Shown: piece after piece, positions 1 through 9,888 of the stretch
Layout of the letters: each line of letters begins with the position of its first letter
Position numbering within the stretch: the first letter of the stretch is position 1
DNA from: Candidatus Staskawiczbacteria bacterium RIFCSPHIGHO2_01_FULL_39_25
GTDB taxonomy: Bacteria; Patescibacteriota; Minisyncoccia; Minisyncoccales; Staskawiczbacteraceae
DNA length: 64,000 nt
Direction: 5' to 3'
Assembly: GCA_001820095.1 (NCBI GenBank)
Contig: MHOO01000003.1
Coordinates: 987-64,986 of the forward strand
Made by a program: the position numbers and the translations under genes
Notes under the pieces: model-generated
The model's database searches: none
What the model was told of the DNA's origin: nothing
What the model saw: only the letters and a program-made list of their open reading frames with translations

Positions 1-22
1 CCTATGCGTTGTTATTGGAATC

Positions 23-1852
23 ATGTCCAAAAAATGGTGGAAAATATTATTTATTGCGAATGTAGTATTAATATTTTTTGCACTTATATTAATTAATTAT
101 AATTTTATTTGGTGGGCGACATTGCTGGGGTCCGGGTTAATAATAATTTTTGGAGTATTAAGAAGGGATATCTTTGAAGGCAGATGGATGTTTCTGCCGA
201 TGTTTTTCTTAATAGTATCTTTATTTTTTATTCTCTTCAGCCCTCAAATCAGATGGCTGCCCCAGAAGTCATTAGAGGTATATCTGTCCCAGCAAGCTAA
301 TTTCCAAATTGACTTGAAAGCCTTAAAAGCGTCCCCTATATTGGGTTCGGGGCCTGGAACATTTGCCTATGACTTCGCAAAGTATAGGGATAAAGATTTA
401 AATAAAAATCCTTTATGGAATCTTAACTTTAACGCAGGGGCTTCAAAGGTATTGACGAGCTTGGCTACCACAGGAATCTTAGGATTTATCATGCTTATTA
501 CATTGATAGTGTTTCCTCTGTTCTATGGAATTGAATACCTTATTTCTACTTCAAGCCTACCCCAGGAAGAAGCCCCGCATCCAGAGAAAATTTCATTAAT
601 TTTGGGAATTTTGGGTATTTTGTCGGTGGTAAGCTTAGGATATTTCTTTTACAATTCCAGCGTATCATCAGATTTTGTTTACTTTTTTGCCATTGCGGCG
701 CTCGTAGCATTAATATATAAGAACGATAAAGTATATAGCCTTAAGTCATCTTCTTTGCTTACCCTTGCGGTAACCTTTGTTTTCACCGCCATTTTCATTT
801 TTGGCCTCGGATTCTTAATGTTAGACGGGCAGAGGTATTTGGCTGAAGTAAATTATTACCGCGCTATCCAAGCGTTTCGTAGCGGGCAGAAGGACGCCGC
901 TATAGATTATGTGAAGATAGCTGCCAGGAATAACACTAATTTAGACTTGTATTTCAACCAGCTGGCCCTTTTCTCATTTTCAAAACTGCAGGATCAGATT
1001 GTTGAATCTGGCGCAAATGCCCAAAAAGCAGAGGACAAAAAGAAAATTGAAAAGCTATTTTCAGATTCTATCAATGCGGCAAACATCGCCATTGACCTTA
1101 ATAATAAGAATATTGATAATTGGCTTACTAAGGCCTATGTATGCCAAAACCTCATTGGGGTGGTCAATGATGCCGTAGATTGCGCAATACAGTCGTATGA
1201 TAAAGCGCTGGAATTAAATCCTACTAATCCCTATTTCTTAGTCCAGCAGGGCAATACCTATTTAATCCAAGCAAATACGCTGCCGAAAGATTCAGCGCAA
1301 AATAAAGATGCAATCTTGCTGAAAGCTAAAGAAAAATTTGACCAGGCACTTGTCTTAAAAGAAAATTACTCTCTTGCGTACTTGCAGTTGGCGTTAGTGG
1401 CAAGAGCCCAGGGCGATACTACAGAAAAGGTAGCAGCATTAGAAAATGCAAAAAAATATTCTCCTAATGATGCGGAGTTAGCTTTGCAGATAGGCTTAAT
1501 TTACTACCAAGATAAGAATTGGACTAAGGCCCAAGAAGAATTCCAAAGAGCCTTATCTATTTCTCCTAACTACGCCAATGCATTATACTACTCTGGTTTA
1601 ACCTATGATAAACAAGGGCGAAATTCTGATGCTATTGATGCCTTCGCTAAAATTTTAGAGGCAAATCCCAATAACGAAAATATCAAAAAAATCTTAGATA
1701 ACCTAAGAAGCGGAAGAGCGGCATTGGAGGGATTAGTTGCGCAACCGCCAGCTCCCACTACGCCAACCACAAGCCCGGAACCGACCAACCCGCCTTCGGA
1801 GCCAGGAACAGATAGTTCTGAAACTACTAAAAAAGAAACTGATACAAGGTAA
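23..1852 (+). CDS. Multi-pass membrane protein with C-terminal TPR repeats. The frame is open back to the window start, so the N-terminus may be truncated.
   Basis: 609-aa ORF with N-terminal hydrophobic helices, TPR-like repeats (ALQIGLIYYQDKNW, ALYYSGLTYDKQGR) and a Pro/Thr-rich tail. No in-frame stop between nt 2 and 23. Confidence 0.6.
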   Translation: MSKKWWKILFIANVVLIFFALILINYNFIWWATLLGSGLIIIFGVLRRDIFEGRWMFLPMFFLIVSLFFILFSPQIRWLPQKSLEVYLSQQANFQIDLKALKASPILGSGPGTFAYDFAKYRDKDLNKNPLWNLNFNAGASKVLTSLATTGILGFIMLITLIVFPLFYGIEYLISTSSLPQEEAPHPEKISLILGILGILSVVSLGYFFYNSSVSSDFVYFFAIAALVALIYKNDKVYSLKSSSLLTLAVTFVFTAIFIFGLGFLMLDGQRYLAEVNYYRAIQAFRSGQKDAAIDYVKIAARNNTNLDLYFNQLALFSFSKLQDQIVESGANAQKAEDKKKIEKLFSDSINAANIAIDLNNKNIDNWLTKAYVCQNLIGVVNDAVDCAIQSYDKALELNPTNPYFLVQQGNTYLIQANTLPKDSAQNKDAILLKAKEKFDQALVLKENYSLAYLQLALVARAQGDTTEKVAALENAKKYSPNDAELALQIGLIYYQDKNWTKAQEEFQRALSISPNYANALYYSGLTYDKQGRNSDAIDAFAKILEANPNNENIKKILDNLRSGRAALEGLVAQPPAPTTPTTSPEPTNPPSEPGTDSSETTKKETDTR

Positions 1853-1867
1853 GATATGCTAGGAACA

Positions 1868-1897
1868 AAAAAACAGGCTTTAGCCTGTTTTTTTGTT
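1868..1897 (+). terminator. Rho-independent terminator after the TPR protein
   Basis: aaacaggc-ttta-gcctgttt stem-loop followed by a T-run. Confidence 0.7.
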
Positions 1898-1900
1898 CTT

Positions 1901-1971
1901 TCGGGGTACTGGGAGTTGAACCCAGGTCACACGACCCCCAGCCGTGCATAATGCCGTTATACTATACCCCG
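1901..1971 (-). tRNA. tRNA-Pro (anticodon GGG)
   Basis: Reverse complement folds as a cloverleaf: acceptor CGGGGTA/TACCCCG, anticodon stem CACGG/TCGTG with loop CTGGGGG, T-arm CTGGG-TTCAACT-CCCAG. Confidence 0.85.
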
Positions 1972-1976
1972 TACTC

Positions 1977-2110
1977 TTAAAAATTCGAAATTCGAATAGG
2001 ACCTTACAGGGATGACCTGTGGGTCAAGCGAAATTCGAAACAAGTTTTGAAAATTCGTTAGTTTGGAATTTTGGATTTGTTTTGGATTTCGGATTTCGTG
2101 CTTCGGATTT
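1977..2110. repeat. Heptamer-array hairpin element, family C (CGAAATC/GATTTCG units), copy 1
   Basis: On the minus strand it reads TAA|ATCCGAAGCACGAAATCC directly after the rpmB stop. The same junction follows alaS at 25088. Confidence 0.85.
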
Positions 2111-2297
2111 ATACTTTTGCCATTCTTTTAATGCATTTCGCGCACGCTAGCACTCTTTTGCCGCTGGCTAACCTAGCCCACTGCAAGTTGGGGTATTTTC
2201 TTACCTTTTGAGTCGGATTATATTTTCCTCGTAATTTTACCAACGTCCACGACATTCCTGATTTCTTGCCGCAGATGGTACAGATTTTAGAAGCCAT
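2109..2297 (-). CDS. rpmB: 50S ribosomal protein L28
   Basis: 62 aa; MASKICTICGKK...YPNLQWARL...RVLACAKCIK matches the L28 pattern. Confidence 0.85.
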   Translation of the reverse strand: MASKICTICGKKSGMSWTLVKLRGKYNPTQKVRKYPNLQWARLASGKRVLACAKCIKRMAKV

Positions 2298-2298
2298 A

Positions 2299-2433
2299 AT
2301 TGTGAATTATTCTAATTATACTAATTGTTCTAGTTATTCTAAAGAAATCCTAAATCCTAATTTCTCATTTTGACATTCATCGCTTGGGATTTGATTAGGT
2401 TAATTAGAAATTAGGTCAATTAGAATAATTATA
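2299..2433. repeat. Low-complexity hairpin element, family D (TTCTAAT / ATTAGAA units), copy 1
   Basis: Left arm attattctaattatactaattgttctag... is complementary to right arm ...ggttaattagaaattaggtcaattagaataat. A related copy lies at 41407. Confidence 0.8.
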
Positions 2434-2487
2434 TAGTATCTTATCTTCTCTTTTTTTGCAATGTCTGGTATTATTACATAACATCCT

Positions 2488-3111
2488 ATGGATATCGTAG
2501 TCGCTATATTTTCTTTAATCATTTTACTTTTTTCCGTAATCATCCACGAATTAGCTCATGGCAGTGTTGCGTTTTCTTTGGGCGATCCCACGGCAAAGTA
2601 TGAAAAAAGGTTAACCCTGAATCCCTTAAGGCATTTGGATCCTTTTGGTTCTGTTATCTTGCCACTGCTTTTATTCATCAGCGGCAGCGCCGTATTAGTG
2701 GGATGGGCAAAGCCAGTGCCTATAAACCCCTATAATTTTAGAGACCAAAAATGGGGAGCATTCAAAGTTGCCATTGCGGGGCCGTTATCAAATATTGCCT
2801 TGGCATTATTTTTTGGGCTTGCCATACGGGGCATTCCTTATGATGTTTTTTTGCAGGTTCCCGGACTTTTTTTGATTTTTTCTTTCATTGTAAGGATAAA
2901 TTTAATGCTTGCTATTTTTAACCTGGTGCCAATTCCTCCCCTTGATGGTTCATGGATGCTTTTTAAATTATTGCCTGATAGCCTAGAATGGGTAAAAACA
3001 TTTTTGCAGCAATACGGAATCTATATTTTAATATTCCTGTTGTTTTTTGGAGGATTGTACGGAGTAAACTCTATTGCAGAATACTTTTTCCGCCTATTTA
3101 CAGGAATATAG
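2488..3111 (+). CDS. M50-family (site-2 protease-like) membrane zinc metalloprotease
   Basis: HELAHG zinc motif in the first TM helix, multiple TM helices, NLVPIPPLDG motif. Confidence 0.8.
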   Translation: MDIVVAIFSLIILLFSVIIHELAHGSVAFSLGDPTAKYEKRLTLNPLRHLDPFGSVILPLLLFISGSAVLVGWAKPVPINPYNFRDQKWGAFKVAIAGPLSNIALALFFGLAIRGIPYDVFLQVPGLFLIFSFIVRINLMLAIFNLVPIPPLDGSWMLFKLLPDSLEWVKTFLQQYGIYILIFLLFFGGLYGVNSIAEYFFRLFTGI

Positions 3112-3121
3112 TCGAACCCTG

Positions 3122-3150
3122 TTGACTTGATTTGCAATATTTGTTAAACT
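3122..3150 (+). promoter_or_regulatory. Candidate sigma70-type promoter of the str operon
   Basis: TTGACT (3122-3127), 17-nt spacer, TAAACT (3145-3150). Confidence 0.45.
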
Positions 3151-3188
3151 ATCAATGAGTGCAGATGCACTTTTTGTTTTTCTAGTTT

Positions 3189-3359
3189 CTTTGAATTACG
3201 AAATGCTTAATGAAAAGGCGAGTTTCGAGTCTTTTTTCAAAATCTGGGTCGAAAATTCGCAATAATTCTAAAACGTAGCAAGCTACGTTTTAGAATTCTA
3301 TCAAATTTTCACCTTCCAGATTTTGAAAAAATACCTCGAAAGCATTTCGTAATTCAAAG
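3189..3359. repeat. Near-perfect hairpin of about 170 nt immediately upstream of rpsL
   Basis: Perfect paired blocks: 3189-3208/3340-3359 (20 bp), 3232-3247/3316-3331 (16 bp), 3263-3278/3281-3296 (16 bp). Confidence 0.9.
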
Positions 3360-3377
3360 TAATTTAAAATTCACACC

Positions 3378-3794
3378 GTGCCAACAATACACCAGTTAAT
3401 TAAAAAACCCAGAAAAAGCATACAAGCCAAAAAGAAGGGCGTGGCTTTGCATTACGGTTTTAATGTATTGCAAAACAAGCCTTCGCACTATCCATCTCCG
3501 TTTAAAAGGGGGGTATGCATCAAGGTATTTACCCAAACTCCTAGAAAACCAAACTCTGCGTTAAGAAAAGTAGCCAGGGTTAAATTGTCAAATGGCATGG
3601 AGGTAACCGCCTATATTCCAGGGGAAGGCCATAATTTGCAAGAACACTCAGTGGTATTAATTAGGGGGGGAAGAGTAAAGGACTTGCCCGGAGTCAGATA
3701 CCACATTGTGAGAGGTGTGCTAGATACTACAGGGGTTGAAAACAGGAAGCAGGGAAGGTCAAGGTATGGGTCAAAGATGCCTAAAGCTAAATAA
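3378..3794 (+). CDS. rpsL: 30S ribosomal protein S12
   Basis: GTG start; [11 protein letters not shown]...[18 protein letters not shown]. Confidence 0.97.
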   Translation: MPTIHQLIKKPRKSIQAKKKGVALHYGFNVLQNKPSHYPSPFKRGVCIKVFTQTPRKPNSALRKVARVKLSNGMEVTAYIPGEGHNLQEHSVVLIRGGRVKDLPGVRYHIVRGVLDTTGVENRKQGRSRYGSKMPKAK

Positions 3795-3821
3795 TTTTCA
3801 AATTGTAAATTGTAAATTCAC

Positions 3822-4292
3822 ATGCGAAGGGCCTATAAAAAACACAAAGTTGCCCCGGACACCTTATACCAAGACGTACAGGTTGCCCAATTGATCAACA
3901 AGGTGATGACCCAGGGGAAAAAGTCAACCGCACAAAAAATTGTGTACATGGCTTTTGATGCCATAAAACAAAAAACCCAAAAAGAGCCCTTGGAGGTTTT
4001 CAAGCAAGCGGTTGAAAATGCTTCTCCCGTATTAGAGGTAAAGCCAAAGAGGATCGGGGGAGCCACGTATCAGGTACCTATGGAGGTGCGGCAGGAACGG
4101 AGGATCTTTTTATCGTTAAAATGGATTATTGACGGAGCAAGGTCTGGAAAAGGCAAATCAATGGCAGAAAAGCTTAGCCAGGAGATCATGAACGTAGCCA
4201 ACAACGAAGGCATGGCAATGAAACGGAAAAACGATATGCATAGAATGGCAGAGGCAAACAAGGCTTTTGCTCATTTTGCGCGCTCTCGCTAG
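3822..4292 (+). CDS. rpsG: 30S ribosomal protein S7
   Basis: 156 aa; [15 protein letters not shown]...AFAHFAR. Confidence 0.97.
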   Translation: MRRAYKKHKVAPDTLYQDVQVAQLINKVMTQGKKSTAQKIVYMAFDAIKQKTQKEPLEVFKQAVENASPVLEVKPKRIGGATYQVPMEVRQERRIFLSLKWIIDGARSGKGKSMAEKLSQEIMNVANNEGMAMKRKNDMHRMAEANKAFAHFARSR

Positions 4293-4294
4293 AA

Positions 4295-4402
4295 CGTGAA
4301 TTCAGTATCTTGTATCTAGTAGCTAGAATGGAATTTTGAATACAGAATTCAGGATTCTTTTATTCTATTCTAGCTTCCAGCTGCTAGCTCCTAGATTCAA
4401 AT
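4295..4402. repeat. MITE-like palindromic element, family B, copy 1
   Basis: Starts ACGTGAAT just after the rpsG stop. Arms are 7-nt units (GTATCTT/GTAGCTA versus TAGCTTC/TAGATTC). Confidence 0.85.
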
Positions 4403-4404
4403 TT

Positions 4405-6480
4405 ATGAACAGAAGTCATCCTTTAGAAAAACTACGTAACTTCGGAATTATCGCTCACATTGACGCGGGAAAAACAACGGTTTCCGAGCGCCTTTTGTTT
4501 TATACGGGAGTAAGCCATAAAATCGGGGAAGTGCACGAAGGCGATACCGTCATGGACTGGATGCCTCAGGAACGCGAGCGCGGTATTACGATTACCGCAG
4601 CCGCCATTACTATGCAATGGAAAGGCATTCAAATGAACCTTATTGATACCCCCGGCCACATTGACTTTACGGCCGAGGTACAGCGCTCCCTGCGCGTATT
4701 AGACGGCGCTGTGGTAGTGTTTGACGGCGTAGCCGGAGTTGAGCCTCAATCAGAAACGGTATGGCGCCAGGCTGACAAATATGGCACGCCAAGGATTTGT
4801 TTTATCAATAAGCTGGACAGAATGGGTGGAAGTTTTGAAAAGTCATATCAGTCTATTTTAGATAAATTGACGAAAAACGCCGTGGCTATGACCATTCCCA
4901 TTGGAGAAGAAGAACATTTATCAGCCGTAATTGATTTACTGAAAATGAAAGCCATTTATTTTGAGGGCGAGAAAGGAGAAATAGTGGTAGAAAAAGAAAT
5001 TCCGGCGGATATGGTGGGAAAAGCAAAAGCCTGGAGGGAAAAAATGGTAGACCGTATTGCCGGGGAAGACGATGCCTTAACAAATAAATTACTGGGCGGT
5101 GAAGAAATTTCAAACGAAGAACTTATGGCGGCTATGCGAAAAGCTTGCCTGGCGTTTAAGCTGGTGCCGGTATTTTGCGGTTCGGCTTTAAAAAACAAGG
5201 GTACCCAATTTATTTTAGATGCCGTCATTGACTATTTGCCATCGCCTCTAGATATTGGTTTTGTAAAAGGAACCGACCCCAAAACCGGAGCTGAAATTGA
5301 AAGGAAATTTTCTGACACAGAGCCATTTGCAGCTTTGGTGTTTAAAGTTGCCACGGATCCCTTTGTAGGGCAACTTACTTTTTTCAGGGTATATTCAGGC
5401 GTATTAAATAAAGGAACCTATTTATTGAATTCCGTCACCGGAGAACAGGAAAGAATTGCACGGATTTTAAGGATGAAATCCAACTCGCGGGAAGAATTGG
5501 ATGTGATTTACGCTGGCGAAATTGGAGCTACGGTTGGTTTAAAAAATACCATTACCGGCCACACCTTGTGCGATAAGGAAAACCCGGTGGTGCTGGAAAA
5601 AATTTCATTTCCTGAACCGGTTATTTCTATGCGGGTTGAGCCAAAAACCAAGGCTGACCAGGAGAAGCTTATTATGTCTATTCGGAAATTGACCCAGGAA
5701 GACCCAACCTTCAGGATTAAAGAAGATATTGAAACGGGTGAAACTATTATTTCTGGCATGGGCGAACTACACTTAGATATTATTCAAGATCGGCTCAGGC
5801 GTGAATTTAATGTAGACGCAAACTTCGGCAAGCCGCAAGTGGCGTACCGTGAAACGATTACCGCAGAGTCAGAGGCTGAAGAAAAGTATGTGCGCCAATC
5901 CGGTGGAAAGGGGCAATATGGACATGTACGATTAAGGTTAAAGCCTTTGGAGCGAGGCACGGGTTTCCAATTTGTTGATGAAATTAAAGGAGGGGCTATT
6001 CCAAAAGAGTTTATCAAGCCGACCGAAAAGGGCGTGATTGAAGCGCTTGATAAGGGAATTATAGCCGGGTATCCCATGGTTGACGTTGAAGTTACGCTTT
6101 ACGATGGAAGCTTCCACGAAGTGGACTCTTCTGAATTTGCCTTTAAAATTGCCGGATCCATGGCTGTGCAAGCAGGGGCTAAAAAAGCTAAACCGGTTAT
6201 TTTGGAACCCATTATGAAAACCGAAGTAATTACTCCGGATGCTTTTTTTGGAACGGTTATTTCAGATTTAAGCTCTAGAAGAGGGAAAATTGAAGAAACC
6301 AAAGAACGGATGGGAATGAAAGTATTGGATGCTATGGTGCCGTTGTCCGAGATGTTTGGATATGCAACAGCGTTAAGAAGCTTAACAGAAGGCCGAGCAT
6401 CGTTTACTATGGAATTTAATAAATACGAGATTGTTCCAAATAATGTAGCACAGCAAATTATGGAAGGGAAAGTGAAATAA
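4405..6480 (+). CDS. fusA: Elongation factor G
   Basis: [27 protein letters not shown]. The start is moved to ATG 4405 because the upstream ORF extension lies in repeat B1. Confidence 0.97.
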   Translation: MNRSHPLEKLRNFGIIAHIDAGKTTVSERLLFYTGVSHKIGEVHEGDTVMDWMPQERERGITITAAAITMQWKGIQMNLIDTPGHIDFTAEVQRSLRVLDGAVVVFDGVAGVEPQSETVWRQADKYGTPRICFINKLDRMGGSFEKSYQSILDKLTKNAVAMTIPIGEEEHLSAVIDLLKMKAIYFEGEKGEIVVEKEIPADMVGKAKAWREKMVDRIAGEDDALTNKLLGGEEISNEELMAAMRKACLAFKLVPVFCGSALKNKGTQFILDAVIDYLPSPLDIGFVKGTDPKTGAEIERKFSDTEPFAALVFKVATDPFVGQLTFFRVYSGVLNKGTYLLNSVTGEQERIARILRMKSNSREELDVIYAGEIGATVGLKNTITGHTLCDKENPVVLEKISFPEPVISMRVEPKTKADQEKLIMSIRKLTQEDPTFRIKEDIETGETIISGMGELHLDIIQDRLRREFNVDANFGKPQVAYRETITAESEAEEKYVRQSGGKGQYGHVRLRLKPLERGTGFQFVDEIKGGAIPKEFIKPTEKGVIEALDKGIIAGYPMVDVEVTLYDGSFHEVDSSEFAFKIAGSMAVQAGAKKAKPVILEPIMKTEVITPDAFFGTVISDLSSRRGKIEETKERMGMKVLDAMVPLSEMFGYATALRSLTEGRASFTMEFNKYEIVPNNVAQQIMEGKVK

Positions 6481-6532
6481 TCATTGACTAATTTTTAGAT
6501 ATATAATACAATTAAAACATTAATAAAAACTT

Positions 6533-6662
6533 AACGTGAATCTGGCAGCTAGAAGCTTGAATCTTGAATAGAATACAGAATTCTGAATAATCGTGGCAAA
6601 GCCTATATTCTGAATTCAATATTCCATTCAAGCTACTAGATACTCTATTCTAGATTCTCACA
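6533..6662. repeat. MITE-like palindromic element, family B, copy 2
   Basis: ACGTGAATCTGG...TAGATTCTCAC; imperfect palindrome between fusA and tuf. Confidence 0.85.
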
Positions 6663-6666
6663 AACT

Positions 6667-7860
6667 ATGGCAGAAAAATTTGAGAGGTCCAAGCCTCACG
6701 TAAATATTGGTACCATCGGCCACGTTGACCATGGAAAAACCACGTTGTCAGCCGCAATTATGAAAGTTTCAGGATTGCGCGGTTTTAAGCATACTGAAGC
6801 TGATGTGGATAAAATTGACGCATCTCCGGAAGAAAAGGCACGAGGGGTGACGATTTCTATTACCCACTTGGAAACCGAAACTGCAAAAAGGCACTATGCC
6901 TTGATTGACTGCCCAGGACACGCTGACTACATTAAAAATATGATTACGGGAGCTGCCCAGATGGACGGCGGAATTTTATTGGTTTCTGCTCCAGATGGCC
7001 CTATGCCTCAAACCAAAGAGCACATTCTTTTAGCAAGACAGGTGGGATTACCATCATTGGTGGTATTTATGAATAAAGTTGATATGGTTGATGATCCTGA
7101 AATTTTAGACTTGGTTGAGTCAGAAGTGAGGGAATTATTGAAAAAATATGGGTTCCCAGGAGATGAAACTCCAATTATTAGAGGTTCTGCCTTAAAAGCA
7201 TTATCGGCATCTTCTGTTGATGATCCAGCCGTCAAGCCAATTGTAGAACTGCTTGACGCCGTAGACAGTTATATCCCTGAACCAGTAAGAGAATTAGAAA
7301 AGCCATTTGCCATGGCTATTGAAGACGTGTTCTCCATTGAAGGAAGGGGAACGGTAGCTACGGGAAGAATTGAAAGAGGCGTTGTGCATCCTAACGATGA
7401 AGTTGAAATTATAGGTATCAGGCCGACCCAAAAAACGGTAGTGGTTTCCGTTGAAATGTTCCAAAAGAGCTTAGACGAAGGAAGGGCGGGAGATAATGTG
7501 GGCATTTTATTGAGAGGCTTGAAGAAAGAAGATATTGAACGAGGCCAGGTGCTGGCAAAGCCGGGTTCTATTACCCCTCATACTGAATTTGATAGCGAAG
7601 TATATGTATTAAGCAAGGATGAAGGCGGAAGGCATACGCCATTTTTCACCGGTTATAAGCCTCAGCTTTACATTAGAACTTCTGACATTACCGGAGACGT
7701 AACCTTGCCAGAAGGAACCGAAATGGTAATGCCCGGAGATACCGCAAACCTGAAAGTTAAATTAATTGTGCCGGTAGCATTGGAAGAAAAAGGAAAGTTT
7801 GCTATTAGGGAAGGTGGAAAGACTGTGGGGGCGGGAGTGGTAACAAAGATCACCAAGTAA
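6667..7860 (+). CDS. tuf: Elongation factor Tu
   Basis: [22 protein letters not shown]. Confidence 0.98.
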   Translation: MAEKFERSKPHVNIGTIGHVDHGKTTLSAAIMKVSGLRGFKHTEADVDKIDASPEEKARGVTISITHLETETAKRHYALIDCPGHADYIKNMITGAAQMDGGILLVSAPDGPMPQTKEHILLARQVGLPSLVVFMNKVDMVDDPEILDLVESEVRELLKKYGFPGDETPIIRGSALKALSASSVDDPAVKPIVELLDAVDSYIPEPVRELEKPFAMAIEDVFSIEGRGTVATGRIERGVVHPNDEVEIIGIRPTQKTVVVSVEMFQKSLDEGRAGDNVGILLRGLKKEDIERGQVLAKPGSITPHTEFDSEVYVLSKDEGGRHTPFFTGYKPQLYIRTSDITGDVTLPEGTEMVMPGDTANLKVKLIVPVALEEKGKFAIREGGKTVGAGVVTKITK

Positions 7861-7868
7861 ATTTTCAC

Positions 7869-8252
7869 GTGATGATGGCTCTTAAAAAAGCAACCATAAA
7901 ACCAAAAAAGGCAAAAGCAGAATCTCCGAAAGAGGAAGCGGTAGTTGTTATGCCCAAGCTTAGGATTAAGCTTAAGGCTTACGACCATAAGATTATAGAT
8001 AGTTCGGTCAGGCAGATTATTGATATTGCCAACCGCAGCGGCGTAGAAGTAGTTGGACCGGTGCCCTTGCCAACCGAAATATTAAAATACACGGTGAACC
8101 GATCTACTTTTGTCCATAAAAATGCCAGAGAGCAGTTTGAAATGAGGGTTCACAAAAGAGTCATTGACATCATAAATCCTAATCCTGAAATTATTGAAGC
8201 ATTGCGGGATTTAAACTTGCCATCCGGGGTTGACATCACCATCAAAATTTAA
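7869..8252 (+). CDS. rpsJ: 30S ribosomal protein S10, with a Lys-rich N-terminal extension if the GTG 7869 / ATG 7872 start is real
   Basis: RIKLKAYDHKIIDSS...VHKRVIDI. An alternative start at M28 (7950) would give a canonical length. Confidence 0.93.
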   Translation: MMMALKKATIKPKKAKAESPKEEAVVVMPKLRIKLKAYDHKIIDSSVRQIIDIANRSGVEVVGPVPLPTEILKYTVNRSTFVHKNAREQFEMRVHKRVIDIINPNPEIIEALRDLNLPSGVDITIKI

Positions 8253-8303
8253 TAGTATAGTTAAAATTAAACAATTGTTAACTTTTCCATGATATTTTTT
8301 GAT

Positions 8304-8363
8304 TCACCCGATCAAATAATTTTGCAAAGCAAAATTAGCGCAAGGCGCTATTTGACCGGGTAA
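8304..8363 (+). ncRNA. Three-helix structured element, family H, copy 1
   Basis: Outer stem acccgatcaaa/tttgaccgggt encloses hairpins attttgc-aaa-gcaaaat and tagcgc-aagg-gcgcta. The second copy at 37105 has the same architecture with different hairpin sequences. Confidence 0.6.
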
Positions 8364-8393
8364 AAATATTATAGAATAACAACATTGCCATTG

Positions 8394-8416
8394 AACTGGG
8401 CAATTGCCCAGTTTTT
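8394..8416 (+). terminator. Terminator-like stem-loop 15 nt upstream of the rplC start
   Basis: aactggg-caattg-cccagtt followed by ttttt. Confidence 0.45.
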
Positions 8417-8430
8417 CATTAGAAACAAAG

Positions 8431-9030
8431 ATGAAATTCATTTTAGGAAAAAAAATTGAAATGTCCCAGATGTTTGATGAAAAGGGAAAAGTAATCCCCG
8501 TAACTTTGATTTCAGCGGGGCCATGCGTAGTATTGCAGAAAAAAACCAAAGAAAAAGAAGGATACAATGCCCTGCAGGTGGGTTTTATAAAAATTGAAAA
8601 AAAGAGTAAGGTTAAGAAAACGATGAAGGGAAAAGAATATAGGTACATAAAAGAATTTTTAGTTATTAATGATCAATTATCCAAAAACGTTGGCGATGCA
8701 ATTAATCTTGCTGAATTTAAAGAAGGAGATAAGGTAAATATAGTGGGAATTTCCAAGGGAAAGGGGTTTCAAGGAGCAGTGAAAAGGCATGGGTTTTCAG
8801 GCAGGAATGCAACCCATGGCGCCAAGCACGAAGCCAGAACTGTCGGATCAATCGGGCAAAGGTTTCCTCAGCATACGATCAAAGGGAGAAGAATGCCAGG
8901 AAGGATGGGATACGAAAGGGTTACCGTAAAAAATTTAATAGTCGCAAAAATTGACGCAGAAAATAATATTTTGGCGTTGAAGGGAGCCGTACCGGGACAT
9001 AGAGGTACGTTGCTAGAGATTAGAGGATAG
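8431..9030 (+). CDS. rplC: 50S ribosomal protein L3
   Basis: MKFILGKKIEMSQMFDEKGKVIPVTLI...GFQGAVKRHGF. Confidence 0.95.
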   Translation: MKFILGKKIEMSQMFDEKGKVIPVTLISAGPCVVLQKKTKEKEGYNALQVGFIKIEKKSKVKKTMKGKEYRYIKEFLVINDQLSKNVGDAINLAEFKEGDKVNIVGISKGKGFQGAVKRHGFSGRNATHGAKHEARTVGSIGQRFPQHTIKGRRMPGRMGYERVTVKNLIVAKIDAENNILALKGAVPGHRGTLLEIRG

Positions 9031-9045
9031 GGCGCTTACGGAAGT

Positions 9046-9185
9046 CTTTTGCAATGATGTTAAAAGTACCGATAGTCGAAATTGCCAGCGCAATTTCGCT
9101 ATCTAAATTCTCGGCAGTTTGCGCCGCCAAAGGCGGCGACCATGCCAAACTGCCTGCGAAATTTACTTTTAACATCACTGCAAAA
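9046..9185 (+). ncRNA. 140-nt multi-helix structured element, family G, copy 1 (rplC-rplD spacer)
   Basis: P1 9046-9068/9163-9185 (23 bp). P2 is gatag/ctatc plus cgaaattgc-cagc-gcaatttcg. P3 is ggcagttt/aaactgcc enclosing cgccgcc-aaa-ggcggcg. Junction sequences are identical to the copy at 16276. Confidence 0.65.
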
Positions 9186-9246
9186 GTGAAAATCTTTTCC
9201 ATGCGCTAAAGTAAAATCTTTTATTAGTAATTAGAAATTTGCAGGC

Positions 9247-9888
9247 ATGAAATATCCAGTCTACAATCAAGAGGGCAAAGAGACGGGAGAAGTAAATCTT
9301 CCTAAGGACATATTTGAGGTTCCCTTGAACGCTGATTTGGTGCACCAAGTGGCAATTTCACAGACAGCCAATAAGAGGCAGGTTTCAGCCCATACGAAAG
9401 ACCGGGGTGCAGTACGCGGCGGAGGCAGGAAGCCTTGGAGGCAAAAAGGAACTGGGAGAGCACGAGTAGGGTCTATTAGGTCTCCATTATGGAGGGGCGG
9501 AGGAGTTACGGGAGGCCCAACCAATGAGAAAGTTTATGAAAAGACTATTCCTACTAAAATGAGAAGGAAGGCATTATTTATGGCGCTTAGCCAGAAAGCG
9601 AAAAATAACTTACTGATAGTATTAGATAAATTAGAGATGGAAAACCCAAAGACAAAAATGATGGTAGAAATCATTAAAAAGCTTCCCGGATCAAAAGAAA
9701 GCAGATTAATAACGGCATTGAACGGAGATAAGAAAGTGTTTTTATCAGCAAGGAATATTACAAAAACAAGGGTGGCAGAAGCAAGAAACTTGAATGTGGC
9801 AGATGTGTTAAATTATAAATATCTTATTGTGTCTAAAGACGGAATTAAGGATATAGAGAAGACTTTTGCAAGGCAAAAGTCTGAATAA
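9247..9888 (+). CDS. rplD: 50S ribosomal protein L4
   Basis: GGGRKPWRQKGTGRARVGSIRSPLWRGGG. Confidence 0.95.
   Translation: MKYPVYNQEGKETGEVNLPKDIFEVPLNADLVHQVAISQTANKRQVSAHTKDRGAVRGGGRKPWRQKGTGRARVGSIRSPLWRGGGVTGGPTNEKVYEKTIPTKMRRKALFMALSQKAKNNLLIVLDKLEMENPKTKMMVEIIKKLPGSKESRLITALNGDKKVFLSARNITKTRVAEARNLNVADVLNYKYLIVSKDGIKDIEKTFARQKSE

Noticed and set aside
8304-8648. 114-aa minus-strand ORF
   Set aside because: It spans the family H element, the terminator-like hairpin and the antisense of the rplC 5' end.
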